Assembly: GCF_000018785.1 (NCBI RefSeq)
Contig: NC_010163.1
Coordinates: 1,464,993-1,496,992, forward strand
DNA from: Acholeplasma laidlawii PG-8A
Lineage (GTDB): Bacteria; Bacillota_I; Bacilli_A; Acholeplasmatales; Acholeplasmataceae
Direction: 5' to 3'
DNA: 32,000 nucleotides
Position 1 is the stretch's first letter. The number at the start of each line of letters is the position of its first letter. Positions 23,962 to 31,900 of the stretch are shown here, one piece after another. Under the pieces are notes generated by a model. It saw only the letters and a list, made by a program, of their open reading frames with translations, ran no database searches and was not told the origin of the DNA. The position numbers were made by a program, and so were the translations under genes.

Positions 23962-25338
23962 TTATAGTGTATTGACGTAATCTAGGTAAGTTTTCATATC
24001 AAATTTTCGAATCAGACCTTGTTCGTTCATATATCTTAATTTACCAAATATAGCTCGCTCTTGCCAAGCTCTATCATGTTTACCAAAGTTCCATGCGATA
24101 TTACCATAAGAGTTTGGATTTCTGCCATCGATAAAGTATTTATTATTTAAGTAGACTATGATTTGGTAGGCATCTTTCATAGACCCTGACCACTCCATAA
24201 TCTTTTTAGCCCAATACATTCTTAAGTAGTTTGCCATAAACCCTGTAATACGTGCTTCTTTCATCGCTGCATTAAAGTGTATATCATGGGTTTTACTAAA
24301 TTCTATATCTTCTAAACTATAGATATGTGTTCTTAAATCTCTTTCATGCTCATACATTGTTTCATATGCCCAAGACTCTGTCATAAATTCAAACACATCA
24401 TAATCTTTAATATATGTAACAAAGTTATACGCTAGAGACCTTCTCACCACTAATTGTTCAATAAAACCTTCTGACATTTCAGGATAGATCTTATAGAATG
24501 GATGATCATAGAGCATACGCAATATTTCTTGATCGGATACTTGCCCGAATTGTAGATACATCGACATATAAGATTGAATATGTAGTGCAGGATCAGATCT
24601 TTTATCATAATCTTTAAGTAGTTGGTTAAAGAAATATTCTAAATGTTTATAGGCTTCTTTTCTACCACCTTTAAATTTATGATATGGTTTCACACTCATA
24701 TCAATTGGTAGGTTTTTTACTACTTCGTCTATGTTTGAAAGATCAAGTGGTTCATAGACTTTAGTCTTTTCAATATTATCTAACCTAGATAATTCTCTAT
24801 AATCCATATATTGAGGTAATTTTTCCATCACTTTGGGTCTAATTACATAGGCACCATAAGCAGCTTTTGGATAAAGTACTTCAACAGGTATGATAAGATC
24901 GGTTTCTACTTGAATAATATCTATAGCATGTGTATCTTTAACGATTTTATAGACTTCATTTCTCATCTGTCTTTGAGGTTTTAAATAGCCTCTATCCATA
25001 ATGATGGTATCAACATCATCCAAATAAGGTTTGATGTTTTCTGTTAGTTTACCAATACTTAATTCAAAGTGAATGTTTTCTTTAACGAAATCTTGTTGAA
25101 GTTCTTTTAGACCCTCTAACATAAAGGTGTAGTGTCTAAGGTTCGCTTCAGGGTAGTTTGGTAGTATGTTGAACCAGACAATTAACGGTAGTTTTTTCTT
25201 ATTAGCAAGTTCAATCGCGTAATTTAAGGCATGGTTATACTGGATGCGCATGGATTGCTGCATCCAGTATAAAATGAATTTACCTTGTTTATTTGTGTTG
25301 TGTTCTAAAAACTTTTTAACTCGATCGTTATGTATCAT
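23962..25338 (-). CDS. phr: Class II CPD deoxyribodipyrimidine photolyase
   Basis: 458 aa. Class II-type blocks: FILYWMQQSMRIQYNHAL, RHYTFMLEGLKEL, YLRMYWAKKIMEW, YLNNKYFIDGRNPNSYGNIAWNFGKHDRAWQERAIFGKLRYMN. It starts 8 nt after the asnS stop. Confidence 0.85.
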   Translation of the reverse strand: MIHNDRVKKFLEHNTNKQGKFILYWMQQSMRIQYNHALNYAIELANKKKLPLIVWFNILPNYPEANLRHYTFMLEGLKELQQDFVKENIHFELSIGKLTENIKPYLDDVDTIIMDRGYLKPQRQMRNEVYKIVKDTHAIDIIQVETDLIIPVEVLYPKAAYGAYVIRPKVMEKLPQYMDYRELSRLDNIEKTKVYEPLDLSNIDEVVKNLPIDMSVKPYHKFKGGRKEAYKHLEYFFNQLLKDYDKRSDPALHIQSYMSMYLQFGQVSDQEILRMLYDHPFYKIYPEMSEGFIEQLVVRRSLAYNFVTYIKDYDVFEFMTESWAYETMYEHERDLRTHIYSLEDIEFSKTHDIHFNAAMKEARITGFMANYLRMYWAKKIMEWSGSMKDAYQIIVYLNNKYFIDGRNPNSYGNIAWNFGKHDRAWQERAIFGKLRYMNEQGLIRKFDMKTYLDYVNTL

Positions 25339-25346
25339 ATTTTGAA

Positions 25347-26738
25347 TTAAAATAAAATGTTTTTAGGTGTTCTAGGGAATGGAATAACGTCTCTAATATT
25401 TTCTACACCAGTTACATAGATTAAGTATCTTTCAAAACCTAATCCAAAACCAGATGTTTGAACACCACCATAACGTCTAAGATCTAAATACCAATCAAGG
25501 TCTTTAACCGGTACATGCATATCTTCCATACGTTTAAGTAAAACATCTAATCTTTCTTCTCTTTGAGATCCACCCACTAATTCGCCTGAACCAGGTACTA
25601 ATAGGTCTACTGCAGCAACTGTTTTTTGATCGTCATTTAATCTCATATAGAATGCTTTAATATCTTTTGGCCAGTCTTTTACAAACACTGGACCATGGAA
25701 TGCTTTTTCTGTTAGATATCTTTCATGTTCTTTAGCTAAGTCTTCACCATGTTTTGGTTGGTTTTCAAATTTGTGGTTGGATTTTAGTAAGATATTAATT
25801 GCTTCTTCATGAGTAATACGTTTAAATGATGATTTTAGTAGGTTATCTAACTTGGTTAATAATCCTTTTTCTACAAATTTATCAAAAAATGCCATTTCTT
25901 CTTTTGCATGTTCTAAGACATAAGATGTAACATATTTCACCATACGTTCAATAAGTTCCATATTGTCATTTAAGTCTGCAAATGCAATCTCTGGTTCAAT
26001 CATCCAAAACTCTGATGCATGGGTTGTAGTATTAGAGTTTTCTGCTCTAAATGTTGGACCAAATGTATAGATATTTCTAAATGCGTGTGCATAAGCTTCT
26101 CCTTCGAGTTGTCCTGTAACAGTAAGGTTAGCTTCTCTACCAAAGAAATCTTTACTATAGTCAATACTTGAGTCTTCATTTCTAGGTGGCTTATTCATGT
26201 CTAGTGTAGTAACTTTAAACATAGCGCCTGCGCCTTCACCATCGTTTGCAGTTAAAATTGGTGTGTGTACATAGACAAAGTCTTGTTCCTGAAAGAATTT
26301 ATGTATTGCATAAGCAGCTATACTTCTAACTCTAAATACTGCAGAAAATAAATTCGTTCTTGGACGAAGGTGTGCAACCTCTCTTAAAAACTCTCTTGTG
26401 TGGCGTTTTGGTTGGATTGGATAGTTTTCACCTGAATCCCCTATTAGTCTCACTTCTAGTGCCTTAATTTCAAATGGTTGGCTTCTATCTGGTGTTAAAA
26501 CAAGCGTACCTATAACTTCAATGGATGCACCTACAGATAAACGTGTCACTGCATCAAAGTCTTTTGTTGTTGCCCTTTCATATACTACTTGGATGTTTTC
26601 AAAAAAACTACCATCATTTAGGTTAATAAACCCAAATTCTTTTTGATCACGGTGGTTTCTAATCCACCCCTTTAATATAACTTCTTGACCTGCATACCTT
26701 GCAGGATCTTTATATATTGTTCTAATTGTTAAATCCAT
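25347..26738 (-). CDS. asnS: Asparagine--tRNA ligase
   Basis: 463 aa, class IIb aaRS. N-terminal OB domain [25 protein letters not shown]. Motif 2 [21 protein letters not shown]. Motif 3 [36 protein letters not shown]. Confidence 0.95.
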   Translation of the reverse strand: MDLTIRTIYKDPARYAGQEVILKGWIRNHRDQKEFGFINLNDGSFFENIQVVYERATTKDFDAVTRLSVGASIEVIGTLVLTPDRSQPFEIKALEVRLIGDSGENYPIQPKRHTREFLREVAHLRPRTNLFSAVFRVRSIAAYAIHKFFQEQDFVYVHTPILTANDGEGAGAMFKVTTLDMNKPPRNEDSSIDYSKDFFGREANLTVTGQLEGEAYAHAFRNIYTFGPTFRAENSNTTTHASEFWMIEPEIAFADLNDNMELIERMVKYVTSYVLEHAKEEMAFFDKFVEKGLLTKLDNLLKSSFKRITHEEAINILLKSNHKFENQPKHGEDLAKEHERYLTEKAFHGPVFVKDWPKDIKAFYMRLNDDQKTVAAVDLLVPGSGELVGGSQREERLDVLLKRMEDMHVPVKDLDWYLDLRRYGGVQTSGFGLGFERYLIYVTGVENIRDVIPFPRTPKNILF

Positions 26739-26744
26739 AAGTTT

Positions 26745-27024
26745 TCTCCTTTTAATATAATAAAGTCCTTAGACTAAAATTTAGTCTAAGGACGAATAAT
26801 CGCGGTACCACCTTAGTTCTAGATTAACATAGCTAATCTAGCGCTCAACTTGCTTATATAACGGATAAGCGATCCGTACAGTTCTACTAACATTTATATG
26901 TGTTCTTCTGTCTCTAAAAAGTGTTATTTCAAATCAGCATATGTGTTAATTTTCACCAACCATTAACTCTCTTAAACATATCATCTGTTTTACTCTTCTT
27001 TTTTATGATGTATATGAAGTTTCT
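26745..27024 (-). promoter_or_regulatory. T-box riboswitch leader of asnS (candidate AAC Asn specifier)
   Basis: Elements on the minus strand: AGAGA elements; a candidate specifier AAC at 26904-26902, followed by A; an F-box CCGTTA; the T-box core AAGGTGGTACCGCG (26817-26801). The terminator hairpin GTCCTTAGACTAAA/TTTAGTCTAAGGAC (26793-26765) is followed by TTTATTATATT. CTAAGG within the T-box can pair with CCTTAG of the terminator 5' arm to form the antiterminator. Confidence 0.8.
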
Positions 27025-27030
27025 ATTACT

Positions 27031-27059
27031 ATTGTATCACTAATTTATAAAATTAGTCA
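27031..27059 (-). promoter_or_regulatory. Promoter of the asnS T-box leader
   Basis: Minus strand reads TGACTA (27059-27054), a 17-nt spacer, then TG-A-TACAAT (extended -10, 27039-27031). The -35 overlaps the rmuC stop codon. Confidence 0.5.
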
Positions 27060-28180
27060 TCAGTATTTATATTTTTAAAGTCGGAATGTTCAATTTTGTA
27101 GACATTCTTATTTAAACGGTTCATTGGTATCATTAAAGTCCTAATACTTTCTGATAACCTTTGAATATCTTTTTCTAAGGTATTAAAACGTTCAAATACT
27201 AGTCTAAAATCATTATAGAGTTTGTTGATTTCATCAAGCATTTTTTCGGCATTCTTTTCTTTTTCTAGATCTTGATTGATGACTAGTATCATTGTAAGCA
27301 TATAAACTAATGTAGTAGGAGATGTGATCCACACCTTCTTTTTAGATGCATACTCTACTAAATGAATATAGTTTGCTTGAATCTCTGAGAATACTGCCTC
27401 ACTTGGTATAAACATTAAAGCATAGTCAGTTGTTTCATTTTTGATGATATATCTACTAGCAATATCATCAATATGTTTTTTAATATTTTGTTCAAAAAGT
27501 TTTGATGCATTTTTTCTTTCACTATCTTCTAAGTTTGAATCATACATCCTAATATAATTTTCTAGTGAAAACTTTGAGTCAATTGGAATATTTAGAGCAT
27601 CACCACTACCATAGACTATAGCATCCACTACTGTTTGATTAGATAGTTTATGTTGTTTAGTAAATAAAGTTTTATTGTTTTCACCAAAGACATTTTCTAG
27701 TATTTGGTATAACTGTAACTCACCATACATACCTCTTAGTTTTTTATCTGACAAATAAGATTTTAAATCATTTACATGCCCAGATAGGTTTTCAATATTC
27801 TTTTGTGTGGTATCAATAATAGTTAGTTTTTCAAGCATAGAACTAAAGAGTTTATCACTTGATTGAAAACCTTCTTTCAGTCTTGTTTCTACCTTATCAT
27901 TCATCGATTGTAAATCGACATTCAGTTTGGTTGAAATGGCTTCTTTAAAGTAATTAATGGTTCTTTCTAATTCCAGTTGGCTTTGCAAATTTTGTTTATC
28001 TAGTTCTGTTTTAAAATCCGTTTTTAGATACTCAATTTTAGATAGAATTTCTTGTTGCTGTCTACCTTTTACTTCATCATTAGGAGACTTTTTACCCTTA
28101 ATAAATACAATCATTAGAATCATTAAAAAGACTATAATAACACTCATACCGGTGAGTAAAATAATTTCTGTAGTAGTCAC
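27053..28180 (-). CDS. rmuC: DNA recombination protein RmuC (N-terminal TM helix, coiled coil, RmuC nuclease-like domain)
   Basis: Motifs: VDAIVYGSGDALNIPIDSKFSLENY, ALMFIPSEAVFSEI, KKVWITSPTTLVYML. The ORF-track ATG at 28195 overlaps the upstream gene by 14 nt. GTG 28180 has a perfect SD GGAGGT 5 nt upstream and removes the overlap. The start is uncertain between the two. Confidence 0.85.
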   Translation of the reverse strand: MTTTEIILLTGMSVIIVFLMILMIVFIKGKKSPNDEVKGRQQQEILSKIEYLKTDFKTELDKQNLQSQLELERTINYFKEAISTKLNVDLQSMNDKVETRLKEGFQSSDKLFSSMLEKLTIIDTTQKNIENLSGHVNDLKSYLSDKKLRGMYGELQLYQILENVFGENNKTLFTKQHKLSNQTVVDAIVYGSGDALNIPIDSKFSLENYIRMYDSNLEDSERKNASKLFEQNIKKHIDDIASRYIIKNETTDYALMFIPSEAVFSEIQANYIHLVEYASKKKVWITSPTTLVYMLTMILVINQDLEKEKNAEKMLDEINKLYNDFRLVFERFNTLEKDIQRLSESIRTLMIPMNRLNKNVYKIEHSDFKNINTDD

Positions 28181-28181
28181 T

Positions 28182-29108
28182 TTATACCTCCACATCTTCT
28201 AAGTAATAAACATGTATACCATCTGATTTAGTTTCTTTATAAATGGTCATATAGGTATCACTTGATAGTAAGATATCATACATGCTAGGAAATATGCCAT
28301 CACGGTCTAATGTGTAATTAGTACCTAGATCTTTATTAATTTGACCAAAGGCGCGTGTGACTAAATCTGTACAATAATATTTGTATTTGGTATCAAATAT
28401 GAATAGGTAATTATATAGACCTCTGTTTGTTTTATCTTTAGCGTAATTTACTGCAACATCCAGTTCAGCATCAAAGGTTTCTATGTCTTTACTTTTTAAC
28501 CTAAGTGACATAATTTCATCTCTATAAAATCTACCATAATAAGGATACTCTGAATGTGTTTCATTTCTAAATGGAGTCATCCAATAATTTGATACAGATT
28601 GAACACTTAAACCATATTTATCCGTCTCATCATACCCACGGTGCATGATTACATTAAATATGGTAGTAAAATCTAAGGTGCCATTATCACCAATTCCGGT
28701 GGACTGATAAATTTGATTATTGTCCCCTACTAATGCAGCATGTCCACCAAGCCAGTAACCATAGATTTGATCTACAACTGGTATATATGGAAAAGGAGAT
28801 TCAAAGGTTAATAGGATATCACCTTTTTGTCCTGGATTTACCTTACTAGCATCAAAGAATACTGAGCGTGTATCACTTAGTTCATACTCATAGGTTCGTT
28901 TGATTTTATGATAAAAATAGGTGGTGTCATGTTGACTCACCTCAACTGTTTCATATGCTCTACTTTTAAAGTCATTAATGATCTGAGTTTTCTTAATATT
29001 TTCATAGGTTGATTCCCCTATAAAGTAAGCTATCAGTAAGATAAATGCTAAAGCTATATATTTAATTGTTTTTCTAAGTACTTTAGTTATTTTCTTTTTA
29101 TTTTTCAT
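28182..29108 (-). CDS. Membrane-anchored permuted papain-fold protein (YiiX/YaeF, Peptidase_C92-like)
   Basis: 308 aa. N-terminal TM helix IKYIALAFILLIAYFI. The order of motifs is GQKGDILLT, then GGHAALVG (His), then KYYCTDLVTRAF (Cys), which matches the permuted NlpC/P60 arrangement. Confidence 0.5.
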   Translation of the reverse strand: MKNKKKITKVLRKTIKYIALAFILLIAYFIGESTYENIKKTQIINDFKSRAYETVEVSQHDTTYFYHKIKRTYEYELSDTRSVFFDASKVNPGQKGDILLTFESPFPYIPVVDQIYGYWLGGHAALVGDNNQIYQSTGIGDNGTLDFTTIFNVIMHRGYDETDKYGLSVQSVSNYWMTPFRNETHSEYPYYGRFYRDEIMSLRLKSKDIETFDAELDVAVNYAKDKTNRGLYNYLFIFDTKYKYYCTDLVTRAFGQINKDLGTNYTLDRDGIFPSMYDILLSSDTYMTIYKETKSDGIHVYYLEDVEV

Positions 29109-29114
29109 AAGTAA

Positions 29115-29123
29115 ATTATAACA
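29115..29123 (-). promoter_or_regulatory. Extended -10 element (TGTTATAAT), probably giving a leaderless transcript
   Basis: TGTTATAAT on the minus strand ends 6 nt before ATG 29108. No SD lies in between. The -35 (ACATGA) is weak. Confidence 0.4.
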
Positions 29124-29157
29124 TTAAATGATTATTTTCATGTGCTTTGATTTAGGT

Positions 29158-29190
29158 GTAAAAAAAATATCTCCAATCATGGGAGATATT
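29158..29190 (-). terminator. Rho-independent terminator ending the rpmH-rnpA-yidC-jag unit
   Basis: 9-bp stem AATATCTCC (29166-29174) / GGAGATATT (29182-29190) with a 7-nt loop. The minus-strand transcript continues TTTTTTTAC. It lies 16 nt after the jag stop. Confidence 0.75.
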
Positions 29191-29205
29191 TTATAATTTA
29201 AGTAT

Positions 29206-29823
29206 TTATTTTTTTGGTCTGATGATGATTGCGCGTTCTTCGCCTTCACCTTCAGAATATGTTTCAACATCACGCCACTCAGTTAATTTAGAGTGAACAA
29301 TACGACGATCGAATGCATTCATTGGGTCAAGTTTGACTGCAATACCACTTCTTGCTACATCTTTAGCGGTTTTAGTTGCCATAATTTCTAATTGGCGTTT
29401 TCTTGATGCATGGTAGTTTCCAATATCTAATGTAACTAGTATTGGTTCTTCAACAAATGTTGACAAATGGTTTCTTAATAATGTTTGGAAAGCTAATAAA
29501 GTCTTACCTTCTTTACCGATTAATAAAGCATTTTCTGAAGTTTGAAGGCGGTACGTAATTGTGGATTCATCTGGTGATTGAATTTCCATTTTTACATCAA
29601 TACCTAATGCAGTTACCATATTTTCTAAGTATTGTTTACCTTCAATAGCTAAATCGATATTAGGGCTTGCTTTATAAAGTGTGCTTCCACCAACGCCAAG
29701 AAAGCCTTTTTTCTCTTTTAATACTTCTAATTTAATTTTAGCTTCTGATATTTTTAGTATATCTGACGCTTTTTTAGTTGCTTCTTGAAGCGTTTTAGCT
29801 TCGATTTCAATAACTTTTAGCAT
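29206..29823 (-). CDS. jag: Jag/KhpB RNA-binding protein (Jag_N, KH, R3H domains)
   Basis: 205 aa. KH-like LLIGKEGKTLLAFQTL. R3H-like DPMNAFDRRIVHSKL. It sits in the conserved position after yidC. Confidence 0.9.
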   Translation of the reverse strand: MLKVIEIEAKTLQEATKKASDILKISEAKIKLEVLKEKKGFLGVGGSTLYKASPNIDLAIEGKQYLENMVTALGIDVKMEIQSPDESTITYRLQTSENALLIGKEGKTLLAFQTLLRNHLSTFVEEPILVTLDIGNYHASRKRQLEIMATKTAKDVARSGIAVKLDPMNAFDRRIVHSKLTEWRDVETYSEGEGEERAIIIRPKK

Positions 29824-29837
29824 GTCTAACCCCTTTC

Positions 29838-31313
29838 TTAGATGATGCTTTGTGAAGCTCTAGTTTTTTCGTATTTCTTTTCAGATAATTTTCTATTAAT
29901 GAATGATTGACCAATTGAGAACAGGTTACCAATGATCCAGTAGAATCCTAACGCATTTACTGATGTGATTGTAGTTAATACCATCATACCAATCATAACG
30001 TTTGATACTGTCTTCATTGTTTTAGCTTGTTGTTCTGCTTGTTCCGTCTTCACTTGAGTTCCTGTATTTTTAGCATAACTTGGTTTCTTTTGAGATAGAT
30101 GTTGTAATAACCACATAGTCACACCAACGATTGCAGCTAAGACATAACTTGTTACATCATTAAATCCACCTGCAGATAAATCAATTAATCCGAATAAGAT
30201 TTTATGATTGTTTACGTTTGCAGCATACATACCACCAGGTACTGTAATACGGTAAACAGTTTGGAACATTGCTAAGAAGATTGGCATTTGAAGAATTGGT
30301 GTAAAACATCCTAATACTGAAATACCATGTTTCTTATATAGTTGCATCATTTCCATTTGCATTTTTTGTTGTGAAGCAGGGTCTTTTTTGAGTGCATATT
30401 TATTTTGTAATTTAGTTAACTCTGGTTGTGCAACAGCCATTTTAATTGACATATCATTTGCTTTGGCATAAATTGGCCATGCAATTGTACGAACAATAAT
30501 GGTTGCAAATAAGATACCTAAACCAAAACTATTTAATCCAAATAAGGATGCAAAGAATTGCATTAAAAATGAAATTGGGATAATGAAAACCCAGTCCCAT
30601 ACATAGCCTAACCATGTATTTTCCATTTTAGTGTTAATTGGTAGTTGGTTATCCGCTGGTTTATAAGATAAATTCTTAATGACTTGGACTGTGTCGTTTA
30701 GATCATGGAATTCAAATGATAAAACGTTATTTGAATTGATCTTAAACACATTATCTTCATAGTTTTCTGGTGTTGCCAAATACTTTTGAGCATTAGCTCC
30801 AGTTTCTTTAATAACTTCCGTGTTTGCTTTTGTATTAAACTGAGCAGAAATTACTTGAACTTTTTCTAAATCAATTTGGTTTGTAATTACTGTAAAGAAT
30901 AATGCATTAACGTTTTTGATTTTGTCTGCATCGTTTTCAACACCATAAGTTGGACTTAAAGCAGATACAACAATATCATTTGGATTACTTACTGTACCTT
31001 CATACCCTGTTTGGTACACATATACATTATATTTATGACCACGAACAGTGATTTCATAGATATTATTACCTAATGATACGCTTGTTACTTCTGTAGATGC
31101 AACATCTACTCTAGATGAAGTCTTGTTTTTTTGGATGGAGTAAAATTCGAAATCTCCTGTTTCAATGATTGGACCATTTGCATTGGTTTCATCCATTGTA
31201 TAAACAATTTTATTTGGTGATAGGAAAGTATCAATTTCAGATGTATCAGGTGAACATGCAACCAACACTAATCCAAACACTAACACCGTAAGTACTGCTA
31301 ATATTTTACGCAT
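29838..31313 (-). CDS. yidC: YidC/Oxa1-family membrane protein insertase, lipoprotein-type with an extended N-terminal extracytoplasmic domain
   Basis: Lipobox MRKILAVLTVLVFGLVLVAC. The insertase core runs from aa ~230: IIVRTIAWPIYAKA, MQLYKKHGISVLGCFTPILQMPIFLAMF, GFYWIIGNLFSIGQ. The start overlaps the rnpA stop by 1 nt. Confidence 0.9.
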   Translation of the reverse strand: MRKILAVLTVLVFGLVLVACSPDTSEIDTFLSPNKIVYTMDETNANGPIIETGDFEFYSIQKNKTSSRVDVASTEVTSVSLGNNIYEITVRGHKYNVYVYQTGYEGTVSNPNDIVVSALSPTYGVENDADKIKNVNALFFTVITNQIDLEKVQVISAQFNTKANTEVIKETGANAQKYLATPENYEDNVFKINSNNVLSFEFHDLNDTVQVIKNLSYKPADNQLPINTKMENTWLGYVWDWVFIIPISFLMQFFASLFGLNSFGLGILFATIIVRTIAWPIYAKANDMSIKMAVAQPELTKLQNKYALKKDPASQQKMQMEMMQLYKKHGISVLGCFTPILQMPIFLAMFQTVYRITVPGGMYAANVNNHKILFGLIDLSAGGFNDVTSYVLAAIVGVTMWLLQHLSQKKPSYAKNTGTQVKTEQAEQQAKTMKTVSNVMIGMMVLTTITSVNALGFYWIIGNLFSIGQSFINRKLSEKKYEKTRASQSII

Positions 31314-31663
31314 TAATTTTGAGCCTCTTTTTCTATAAGTTTTGCTTTAATAAGCAATTTAGTTATGTTTTCTTTTATTAAATCATAAGGTAAAAGATTT
31401 GATTGTGGTCGTACCACAATAACAAATCTGTACTTAGGATTTATATAGTTTGAATAGTTTGAAACGATATATCGAAGTCGACGCTTAGCTTGGTTTCTTT
31501 CTACTGCGTTTCCGAATTTCTTGCCGATCGATATCGCATACTTAAAGTGAGGTGTTTCATGAGGTATAAAGTATATAACAAAATATCCGTTACCCACGGA
31601 TTTTTTTTCTTTAAAAACTAAATCCAATTCGTTTTTACTTTTTATAGAATATACTCTCTTCAC
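31313..31663 (-). CDS. rnpA: Ribonuclease P protein component
   Basis: Motifs: KSKNELDLVFKEKKS, GKKFGNAVERNQAKRRLR (RNR motif). The ORF-track start at 31675 is a TTG that forms part of the SD TGAGGT. I prefer GTG 31663 (KRVYSIK), 6 nt after that SD. Confidence 0.85.
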   Translation of the reverse strand: MKRVYSIKSKNELDLVFKEKKSVGNGYFVIYFIPHETPHFKYAISIGKKFGNAVERNQAKRRLRYIVSNYSNYINPKYRFVIVVRPQSNLLPYDLIKENITKLLIKAKLIEKEAQN

Positions 31664-31675
31664 TACAAACCTCAA

Positions 31676-31737
31676 ATTAAAAAATAAAGGACTACCTAAA
31701 ACAAATAAACAATATTTGTTAATGATCTGGTAGTCCT
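31676..31737 (-). terminator. Nested stem-loop + T-run between rpmH and rnpA (terminator/attenuator)
   Basis: Outer 9-bp stem AGGACTACC (31688-31696) / GGTAGTCCT (31729-31737). Inner 8-bp stem AACAAATA (31700-31707) / TATTTGTT (31713-31720). The minus-strand transcript continues TTTATTTTTTAATT and runs directly into the rnpA SD. Confidence 0.5.
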
Positions 31738-31765
31738 GGTATTTATTAACTTTTATATAATTTTA

Positions 31766-31900
31766 TTAAACAGTTAAAGATTGGCGACCCTTAGCTCTTC
31801 TTCTTGCTAATACTTTACGTCCATTAGCAGTAGCCATACGAGCTCTAAATCCGTGCCTTCTTTGATGTTTGATTTTACTTGGTTGATATGTTCTTTTCAT
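31766..31900 (-). CDS. rpmH: 50S ribosomal protein L34
   Basis: [44 protein letters not shown] (44 aa) from ATG 31900, with SD AAAGGTGG upstream. The ORF-track 67-aa form carries a spurious N-terminal extension. Confidence 0.95.
   Translation of the reverse strand: MKRTYQPSKIKHQRRHGFRARMATANGRKVLARRRAKGRQSLTV

Noticed and set aside
1037-28202. Other short ORFs from the track: 1037-1231, 3977-4306, 4923-5192, 6873-7142, 9119-9343, 10099-10332, 14543-14728, 16919-17167, 17829-18092, 22775-22969 and 27957-28202 on the plus strand, and 6799-6990 on the minus strand.
   Set aside because: Each is nested inside or antisense to a long gene with a confident family assignment. None has a convincing ribosome-binding site or a recognisable motif, so I treat them as frame shadows.
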